Of a stretch of DNA of 20,806 nucleotides, positions 10,226 through 16,457 are shown in pieces. Position 1 is the first letter of the stretch; the number at the start of each line of letters is the position of its first letter. This stretch comes from Armatimonadota bacterium (GTDB lineage Bacteria; Armatimonadota; Hebobacteria; CAIYQO01): contig JBBRXO010000050.1 in the NCBI GenBank assembly GCA_038248345.1, positions 1 to 20,806 of the forward strand. The letters run 5' to 3'. The notes under the pieces were generated by a model. That model was given only the letters and a program-made list of their open reading frames with translations. It was not told where the DNA came from and did not search any database. Made by a program: the position numbers and the translations under genes.

Positions 10226-11005
10226 TCATAATCTCATAATGAGCATCGAGATTAGAATAGTGAATATCACAAGTAACAAACATCCCCCTGATTGCTTAGA
10301 TACATGCATCTCCTGGTTTATTGTTTTTGGTGACATATGAATCGGCATAATATGGTCTTTAAGCATTGAAGATACTTGTTTATACGCTTCTGTTCTATTG
10401 CTACCACCATAATATAGACAATGGTCGGGTGATGTATATTCCCCGAACCAAATTAAATCTCTTCCATTGTAACGACGGATAGACTTAATAACTGTTTCTG
10501 AGTTTAGAAGTTGTTCTGCTATTCTTTGAATTCCTTGGTCGTCAGGCCCCTCTATGGGAGCGTTCTCTAATCCATGCACTAATCCTCGATAGACTCTATA
10601 TGTGAACCATGAAATAAGTTCTTTTTCACGTCCAGGCATGGTTAGTCTATATTGAATCAGGTCAAACATGGCCTTTTTCCCAATGTAATCGTTCACTTCA
10701 ATGCCAAAGTATTTTGCGAACTGCCTGTGCCTTTCTGTAGTTGGCTTATCTCCATCTACTGCCATGCTGATTAAATTACTCACATCTTCTCTTGTCGCAT
10801 TTAACGGTATCTGTATTCCTAAATCTTTTGCGTAGTTAAGTTGATTTTCTGTCGGTAGGTCAGGAGGCAACTGAATAATTGTATCGATTAACGTTCCTTC
10901 AGATTCTATTATTACACGTGCGGCATATTCACTATCCGCATAGATTACTTTCTTTCGTTTTCGACCCGTCTCTTTACCGGTGCCTTTAATTTCATATTTA
11001 GGCAT
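10226..11005 (-). CDS. Hypothetical protein with PilC/GspF-like N-terminal motif, two short helical repeats and a C-terminal TM anchor
   Basis: Likely start ATG 11005 (GAAGGA RBS). MPKYEIKG...GRKRKKVIYADSEYAAR; repeats TENQLNYAKDLGI and TERHRQFAKYFGI; ends GGCLLLVIFTILISMLIMRL. AT-rich. Confidence 0.7.
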   Translation of the reverse strand: MPKYEIKGTGKETGRKRKKVIYADSEYAARVIIESEGTLIDTIIQLPPDLPTENQLNYAKDLGIQIPLNATREDVSNLISMAVDGDKPTTERHRQFAKYFGIEVNDYIGKKAMFDLIQYRLTMPGREKELISWFTYRVYRGLVHGLENAPIEGPDDQGIQRIAEQLLNSETVIKSIRRYNGRDLIWFGEYTSPDHCLYYGGSNRTEAYKQVSSMLKDHIMPIHMSPKTINQEMHVSKQSGGCLLLVIFTILISMLIMRL

Positions 11006-11029
11006 GGTTGATCCTTCATACATCGTCGA

Positions 11030-11206
11030 CTATTTCTTACCGAACATTAGGCGATACGGCCCGACAAATTCACCTGTTTCATCGGTCATCCCCGCCATGT
11101 GCAGTACGCGCTTTGCTTCATTAGGGTCAGTTTTAACTTTCTCGCAGATAACTTCGAGTTTCTTTATCATGCTTTGAGCGTCTTCCGCAGATAATGATCT
11201 TGCCAT
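11030..11206 (-). CDS. 58-aa small protein, candidate antitoxin-like
   Basis: Below the ORF-track cutoff. RBS AAGGAGG, promoter upstream; MARSLSAEDAQSMIKKLEVICEKVKTDPNEAKRVLHMAGMTDETGEFVGPYRLMFGKK*. A paralogous copy lies at 9966-10138. Confidence 0.75.
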   Translation of the reverse strand: MARSLSAEDAQSMIKKLEVICEKVKTDPNEAKRVLHMAGMTDETGEFVGPYRLMFGKK

Positions 11207-11254
11207 AATATCCCTCCTTATCAGGAATATGCACTATGCTCGACTAACAAGTAT

Positions 11255-11285
11255 ATTATACCATAACCAAAGGCGAACAAAAACC
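11255..11285 (-). repeat. Copy 2 of the 31-bp direct repeat / extended -10 promoter
   Basis: + strand ATTATACCATAACCAAAGGCGAACAAAAACC; ACTAACA also lies at the same offset from both copies (10177, 11243). Confidence 0.85.
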
Positions 11286-11299
11286 CGCTTATGCCAGCT

Positions 11300-11794
11300 T
11301 TACGCCACAGAGGCGGCGTAGGGTTCCAGATAGTCGGCCCATTGGGGGTTGTGGATGGCATAGACGAATTTGTGGTAGCTGATGTAGGGGAGACATTTCG
11401 GGCGGCGGGGCTTTACACCCAGCATCATGCCGGCGGCTTCCGGGGTGCGGTCGCCTTTTTTGTTGTTGCATCTGGTACAGCAGCAGACCAGGTTATCCCA
11501 TTCATTGCGCCCACCGCGTACGCGTGGGATGACGTGGTCAATGGTGAGGGGCAGATGGGTAGCGCCACAATAGACACAGCGGTTACCATCGCGCGTGAAG
11601 ATGCTCTTGCGCGTGGGCTTGAGGATCGGCATGGGGCGGTGTACGGGATAATTCAGCCGCACGACCGTGGCGCCGCAGCCGTACTGATCATCCAACGGAT
11701 GCGCTTTGCCCAGATATAGCATGGTCAGCGCCCGCCGCCGGCTGGTGACGTTCAACGGTTGATAATTATGATTCAGTACCAGGACCTCGTCCAC
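11300..11794 (-). CDS. HNH endonuclease (zinc-binding, McrA-like) with PLMP-like N-terminus
   Basis: RKSIFTRDGNRCVYCG, TIDHVIPRVRGG, WDNLVCCCTRCNNKKG; N-terminus VLVLNHNYQPLNVTSRRRALTMLYLGKA. GTG start with AAGGAG RBS. Confidence 0.93.
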   Translation of the reverse strand: MDEVLVLNHNYQPLNVTSRRRALTMLYLGKAHPLDDQYGCGATVVRLNYPVHRPMPILKPTRKSIFTRDGNRCVYCGATHLPLTIDHVIPRVRGGRNEWDNLVCCCTRCNNKKGDRTPEAAGMMLGVKPRRPKCLPYISYHKFVYAIHNPQWADYLEPYAASVA

Positions 11795-11822
11795 CTGCTT
11801 GCTCCTTCAACTGGAATATACC

Positions 11823-11861
11823 AAAGAAAAAACCCGCGTCATCCCAGAAGGTGACACGGGC
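11823..11861 (-). terminator. Intrinsic terminator about 30 nt upstream of the HNH start codon
   Basis: Minus strand GCCCGTGTCA-CCTTCTGGGA-TGACGCGGG-TTTTTTCTTT. Confidence 0.85.
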
Positions 11862-12010
11862 ACAATCTATCCTTAAACAGCCACATACATTGACAGACAC
11901 AGTGTAGTGAACTATCCCACGCAAGTAGATGCCGGGGCTGGCCATGTAAGACCCGCCTCACTGTGCTAACCCTGACTCGACAATGAGAAATGCACATTTC
12001 GGAATCCACC
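11823..12010 (-). ncRNA. Candidate structured leader (attenuator) or stand-alone sRNA upstream of the HNH gene
   Basis: Bounded by a TTGACA/TATTAT promoter and a terminator. Nested pairings 11981-11985 with 11888-11892, 11972-11974 with 11894-11896, and 11959-11966 with 11897-11904. No known RNA family recognised. Confidence 0.45.
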
Positions 12011-12016
12011 ATAGTT

Positions 12017-12046
12017 ATAATATCGCAGAAGCGGAGGGGGTGTCAA
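12017..12046 (-). promoter_or_regulatory. Sigma70-type promoter driving the HNH leader
   Basis: Minus strand TTGACA (12046-12041)-18 nt-TATTAT (12022-12017). Confidence 0.65.
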
Positions 12047-12053
12047 ATTCTTA

Positions 12054-12287
12054 TGTTTCGCCACCCATGATGCAGTTTTTAGTTCTTGTCGGTTTTACCC
12101 AGTCGTAAACGACTGGGCTAGGTGGCTACGCCGATCGTCCTTCGGACGGGAACTAATGCCCTTAACCGTCCCGCCCAGAGGGCGATCGGCCGTAGGCCTT
12201 CCAGCCTGGTCGTTCACGGCCAGGTCAGAACAGAGGGTTTGTCATAAAACAGATACTATTTGTTTCGCCACCCATGATGCAGTTTTT
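12054..12287. mobile_element. REPIN/MITE-like palindromic element flanked by 27-bp perfect direct repeats
   Basis: TGTTTCGCCACCCATGATGCAGTTTTT at 12054-12080 and 12261-12287. Inside: hairpins CCCAGTCG-TAAA-CGACTGGG-CTA (12098-12120) and CAG-CCTGGTCG-TTCA-CGGCCAGG (12202-12224), and inverted arms 12126-12151 / 12169-12195. Confidence 0.7.
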
Positions 12288-12298
12288 CTGCTTCAAAT

Positions 12299-12327
12299 TT
12301 GATACTTGGCCGTTGAATTGTTATAAT
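12299..12327 (+). promoter_or_regulatory. Sigma70-type promoter of etfBA
   Basis: TTGATA-17 nt-TATAAT with a TG extended -10. Confidence 0.75.
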
Positions 12328-12405
12328 TAGTAATAACGGCGCCACCTTGCCATCTGCGGGGTGACGCCTATGTGTTGACTATGACTAGAGGATACTGGAG
12401 AAAAT

Positions 12406-13203
12406 ATGAAAATTGTCGTGTGCATCAAACAGGTGCCGGGTACCACGAATGTCCGCATTGATCCCGAAACAAATACATTGGTGCGGCAAGGGGTGGAGTC
12501 GCAGATTAACCCCTTTGATCTCTATGCGCTGGAGGAAGCGGTGCGCGTGAAAGAACGCATGATCGCCGCCGGGGTGGATACCACCGTAACGGTTATCAGC
12601 ATGGGGCCACCGCAGGTGGAAGAAGCGCTGCGCGAGACTATCACGCTGGGCGCCGATGACGCTGCGCTGCTCTGCGACCGCGGCTTTGCTGGCAGCGACA
12701 CCTGGGCCACCAGCTACGCGCTGGCGGCGGGTATCAAAAAGGTGGGCGCGGATCTGGTCTTCTGCGGTATGCAGGCTATCGATGGCGACACGGCGCAGAC
12801 AGGCCCCGGCATCACCTGCCACGCCGATTACTCGCTGGCCACCTACGTGAGCAAAGTGGAGGAGATCGACGAGAAGCGTGCGCGCGTCTGGCGATTATTA
12901 GAAGAAGGCTATGAAGTGATCGAGATCGCCCTCCCGGCGCTATTCACCGTGGTGAAAGAGATCAACGAGCCACGCACCCCGTCACTGCGCGGCAAGATGA
13001 AGGCGAAAAGTGCGAAGATCCCCATCTGGACAGTGGAGGCTATGGGCCTGGACCTGGAGAAATGCGGCCTGAAAGGCAGCCCCACGCAGGTGGTGAAGGT
13101 CTTCTCGCCCGAACACCGTGCCGGCGGCGCGATCCATGAAGGTGAAGCCCACGAACTGGCCGCCAAAGCGCTGGAAGTTATCCGCGAACGCTGCACCTGC
13201 TGA
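12406..13203 (+). CDS. etfB: Electron transfer flavoprotein beta subunit (EtfB/FixA)
   Basis: MKIVVCIKQVP, INPFDLYALEEA, FAGSDTWATS, GMQAIDGDTAQTGP, INEPR, GLKGSPTQV. Confidence 0.96.
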   Translation: MKIVVCIKQVPGTTNVRIDPETNTLVRQGVESQINPFDLYALEEAVRVKERMIAAGVDTTVTVISMGPPQVEEALRETITLGADDAALLCDRGFAGSDTWATSYALAAGIKKVGADLVFCGMQAIDGDTAQTGPGITCHADYSLATYVSKVEEIDEKRARVWRLLEEGYEVIEIALPALFTVVKEINEPRTPSLRGKMKAKSAKIPIWTVEAMGLDLEKCGLKGSPTQVVKVFSPEHRAGGAIHEGEAHELAAKALEVIRERCTC

Positions 13204-13230
13204 ACTTGAAGATATAAAGAGGAAAATCCC

Positions 13231-14430
13231 ATGGCTATAAAAGTAATTACAGATACCTGCATCGGCTGCAAAGCCTGCGTGCGCTCCTGCCCGGCGAATG
13301 CCATCAGCATGGACGAAAAGCTGGCAGTCATCGACCTGAATCTCTGCACCTACTGCGGCAGTTGCGTCAGCGCGTGCAAATTCGCCGCCATCGTCATCGA
13401 GATCGACAAGCAGGCGCAGGGCGACCTGGCCGACTACCACGGCATCTGGGTCTTCGGCGAGCAGAACGACGGCGAGCTGGCCGGTGTAGTGCCGGAGCTG
13501 ATCGGCGAAGGGCGCAAGCTGGCCGACAAGCGCGGTTGCGAACTGAGCGTAGTGGTGCTGGGCGAGAATCTGGCGCAGCTGGGCGAAGAGCTGGCCAAGT
13601 ACCCGGTGGACAAAGTCTATCTGTACGATCACCACGAGCTGGCGCGCTTCCGCCCCGAGCCGTACACCCGCGTGCTGGCACAGCTGGTGCGCAAGCATAA
13701 GCCGGAAGTAGTGCTGGCGGGTGCCACCACCACCGGCAGATCCTTCCTCGCCAAGGTCGCCACCGAGCTGTACACCGGCCTCACCGCCGACTGCACCGGG
13801 CTGGAGATCGCTGAGGACGGACTGCTGCTGCAGACGCGCCCGGCCTTCGGCGGCAACATCATGGCCACCATCCAGTGCCCCTACACCCGCCCGCAGATGT
13901 CCACCGTGCGCCACAAAGTGATGCAGTCCGCCGAGAAGAGCGAGACCGCGACGGCGGAGATCATCAACGTACCGGCAGATGATTCGCTGATGAAATCCAA
14001 AATTGATATCAAAGATTTCATCGCCGACCTGGAGTCCAAGGTGAATATCGTGGACGCCGACGTCATCGTCTCCGGCGGGCGCGGCCTGGGCGCAGCGGAG
14101 AACTTCGCCTATCTGAAGGAGCTGGCCGACCTGCTCGACGGCGCGGTAGGCGCCTCGCGCGCAGCAGTGGACAGCGGCATGATGCCCTACCCGCACCAGG
14201 TGGGCCAGACCGGCAAAACCGTCTGCCCCAAACTCTACATCGCCTGCGGCATCAGCGGTGCGGTGCAGCACCTGGCCGGTATGCAGTCCAGCGACTGCAT
14301 CATCGCCATCAACAAAGACCCCAACGCCCCTATCTTCAGCGTAGCCGACTTCGGCTTCGTCGGCGACGCGGTAGAGGTGGTGAAAGAGATCATCAAGCAG
14401 GTGAAGGCAGGGCGTAATATCGGCGGGTAG
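13231..14430 (+). CDS. etfA: Electron transfer flavoprotein alpha subunit with N-terminal 2x[4Fe-4S] ferredoxin domain
   Basis: CIGCKACVRSCP and CTYCGSCVSAC; GLTADCT, TRPAFGGN, VSGGRG, GASRAAVD, QVGQTGKTV, GISGAVQHLAGM, AINKDPNAPIF. Confidence 0.96.
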   Translation: MAIKVITDTCIGCKACVRSCPANAISMDEKLAVIDLNLCTYCGSCVSACKFAAIVIEIDKQAQGDLADYHGIWVFGEQNDGELAGVVPELIGEGRKLADKRGCELSVVVLGENLAQLGEELAKYPVDKVYLYDHHELARFRPEPYTRVLAQLVRKHKPEVVLAGATTTGRSFLAKVATELYTGLTADCTGLEIAEDGLLLQTRPAFGGNIMATIQCPYTRPQMSTVRHKVMQSAEKSETATAEIINVPADDSLMKSKIDIKDFIADLESKVNIVDADVIVSGGRGLGAAENFAYLKELADLLDGAVGASRAAVDSGMMPYPHQVGQTGKTVCPKLYIACGISGAVQHLAGMQSSDCIIAINKDPNAPIFSVADFGFVGDAVEVVKEIIKQVKAGRNIGG

Positions 14431-14455
14431 GCTGTGATTGATAACCATGCAATGG

Positions 14456-14496
14456 CGATAGCCCGGAGGGTTTACCTCCGGGCTATCGTATTTATT
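14456..14496 (+). terminator. Intrinsic terminator after etfA
   Basis: 14-bp perfect stem CGATAGCCCGGAGG / CCTCCGGGCTATCG followed by TATTTATT. Confidence 0.75.
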
Positions 14497-14508
14497 GCAC
14501 GCCCCTGC

Positions 14509-14658
14509 ACCACGCGCTAAAGCACGTGGCTATAAGCCTTCGCCATCCTAGCTATGGCTTACAAGTAAGATCAAGCACCCTAAAGGGCGCTACGGATAAA
14601 ATGGTTCAGCGCGCTTTAGCGTGCTTGCCGTTATTAGCCACCTCCTTCAGGGGGTGGT
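14509..14658. repeat. REPIN-like nested inverted hairpin cluster
   Basis: Outer units ACCACGCGCTAAAGCACGTGGCTA (14509-14532) and TAGCCACCTCCTTCAGGGGGTGGT (14635-14658); inner units AAGCACCCTAAAGGGCGCT (14573-14591) and AGCGCGCTTTAGCGTGCTT (14608-14626). Confidence 0.7.
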
Positions 14659-14693
14659 GTCTGGGATCCCAACCCCGATGAATTGCTCTGAAG

Positions 14694-14702
14694 TGCTATA
14701 AT
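14694..14702 (+). promoter_or_regulatory. Extended -10 element upstream of the Lrp/AsnC-domain gene
   Basis: TGCTATAAT followed by a GGAGG RBS at 14711-14715. Confidence 0.5.
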
Positions 14703-14723
14703 AACCCTATGGAGGTAACTGAT

Positions 14724-15014
14724 ATGGTGACGGCAATTGTGCTTATTAAAGCAATGCAGGGGCGCATACCGGATTTGGCGGAGAAATTGATCCAGGAGCC
14801 GGGCGTGACTGAGGTATACTCGGTAGCCGGTGATTATGACCTGGTCGCCATTGTCCGGGTATGCGAACATGAGGAGCTGGCGGAGCTGGTGACCGGAAGA
14901 TTGCAGCAAAATGCAGGTATCGCCGCCACGCAGACTCTCATCTCCTTCCGCGCCTACTCGCAAAAAGACCTGGCCGCAATGTGGGATATCGGCTTTGAAG
15001 AGAAAATGGATTAA
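14724..15014 (+). CDS. Stand-alone Lrp/AsnC ligand-binding domain protein (no HTH)
   Basis: MVTAIVLIK...GVTEVYSVAGDYDLVAIVRV...GIAATQTLISF. The RBS supports ATG 14724. Confidence 0.88.
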   Translation: MVTAIVLIKAMQGRIPDLAEKLIQEPGVTEVYSVAGDYDLVAIVRVCEHEELAELVTGRLQQNAGIAATQTLISFRAYSQKDLAAMWDIGFEEKMD

Positions 15015-15164
15015 TAGTAGTAGATATGAGGCGGAGCCCCTGTGATAAATGGCTGTTACGATACTGCGCCATTCAATTAATAACGATTGACGCTACATCC
15101 CCGCTGGAACTAACAAGTAGAAATACTGTATACTTAGCTATCAGATTTTTTGGAAGCTAATGTT

Positions 15165-16457
15165 ATGGCACGACTCAGAAATGCGCTACTTGTGGCGCTC
15201 AAATGGAAGTACTTTATCCCGGCTACGCTGGCACTTGCCTTTATTCTTCGCCTCCTCTGGGTGCTGACCTTCGATGCACGTCCGGAGAGCGATTTTCTCT
15301 GGTACTATGCGCAGGCGTTGCACATCACCCAGGGAAATGGCTTCGCCGATGGTAATGGTAGTATACCCACCGCTTATAATCCCATCGGCTACCCACTTTT
15401 TCTGGCACTCGTATTCCACGTCTTTGGCGCCTCGGTACTGGCCGCACAGATCGCCAATGTGATCACGCAAACTTTCCTCGTCTTCGCCGTTTACTTGCTA
15501 GCACGCGAGCTATTTCACTCACGCATCATCGCTCGTGGGGCTATGCTCCTCATGGCAGTTTATCCAAATGGAATTAACTACACATCGTTAATAGCCAACG
15601 AATCGCTATACCTTCCGCTGTATGTTATCGGATGTTGGCTGATGTTGCGGGCTATTCGGGTGAATCCATGGCTGGCGGTTCCTGCCGGGCTATGCATCGG
15701 CTACTCCAGTTTGTGCAAACCGCAGGGTCTACTGGTGGGGTTCATCGTTTTGCTCTTCGCTTTTAAGATAGCGCCTAAGATTATGACCTTCCCCCGTTTG
15801 GCGCTCACTGGCTTCGCGTTATGCGTGGGGTTAGCAATAGTCATCGGCCCGTGGGTGTGGCGCAATTATCAGATCTGGGGGCACCCTGTTTTCAACAATA
15901 CCATGGGCATAAATATGTACCTGTCCCATAGCCCCATCGCTACCGGTGGCTATGTGGTGATGACCCCCGAGATGATAGCAGCGTTGGGCAATGGCAACGA
16001 ATACGAAGTTGACCAACAGGCGCGCAAACTGGCGAAAGACTATCTCCTGAAGAATCCTCATAAATTGATCATACTAGCGCCAATGCGCCTGTTACACCTT
16101 TATGCGATTGATATAGACGGAATATACTGGAATAATGCCCTCCTGCCTGCCAGAACAATCACCCAGTTAATTCTGATAATTATCATGTATGGGCTGGCAC
16201 AATCATTCTACCTGCTAATTATCGTGCAGACTTATTTCGCTATTAAAATTTTGCCGCAAATGATGAACCGAAGAAAGAAGCGTTTCCCCACTGTGGGCAT
16301 TTGGATATGCCTCTATTTCACCGGCATAGTGCTCCTCTATTATGGCATGCCCCGCTATCACGCGCCCATGATCCCCTGGATGATCATCTATGCTGCCGCT
16401 GCCCTTACACTAATACCATGGAAGAAAATTCCAAAGGAATCAACTGATGCCAGATAA
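15165..16457 (+). CDS. GT-C superfamily membrane glycosyltransferase (ArnT/PMT, family 39/83-like)
   Basis: Polytopic; ESDFLWY after TM1, PTAYNPIGYPLFLA, ANESLY, PWVWRNY, GMPRYHAP. Start ATG 15165 or TTG 15150. Confidence 0.82.
   Translation: MARLRNALLVALKWKYFIPATLALAFILRLLWVLTFDARPESDFLWYYAQALHITQGNGFADGNGSIPTAYNPIGYPLFLALVFHVFGASVLAAQIANVITQTFLVFAVYLLARELFHSRIIARGAMLLMAVYPNGINYTSLIANESLYLPLYVIGCWLMLRAIRVNPWLAVPAGLCIGYSSLCKPQGLLVGFIVLLFAFKIAPKIMTFPRLALTGFALCVGLAIVIGPWVWRNYQIWGHPVFNNTMGINMYLSHSPIATGGYVVMTPEMIAALGNGNEYEVDQQARKLAKDYLLKNPHKLIILAPMRLLHLYAIDIDGIYWNNALLPARTITQLILIIIMYGLAQSFYLLIIVQTYFAIKILPQMMNRRKKRFPTVGIWICLYFTGIVLLYYGMPRYHAPMIPWMIIYAAAALTLIPWKKIPKESTDAR

Noticed and set aside
11291..11719. 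142-aa plus-strand ORF
   Set aside because: Antisense to the HNH gene; no motifs.
11873..11985. Short words recalling HEARO/omega RNA (CATTGTCGAG on minus, TTAAACAG on plus)
   Set aside because: They lie on opposite strands and in the wrong relative position; too short to call an omega RNA without a covariance-model search.
10189..12287. The 31-bp and 27-bp repeat pairs as CRISPR arrays
   Set aside because: Only two copies each, separated by about 1 kb and 180 bp, and no cas genes.
12318..12339. Possible Rex operator at the etfB promoter (TTGTTATAATTAGTAATAAC)
   Set aside because: Half-site spacing does not fit TTGTGAA-N4-TTCACAA; it is explained by the -10 element in AT-rich DNA.
12982..14448. 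488-aa minus-strand ORF and other ORFs over etfBA
   Set aside because: Antisense shadows of well-supported ETF genes.
15109..15119. ACTAACAAGTA shared with 11243-11253
   Set aside because: An 11-bp AT-rich match in opposite orientation relative to the downstream genes; compatible with chance.
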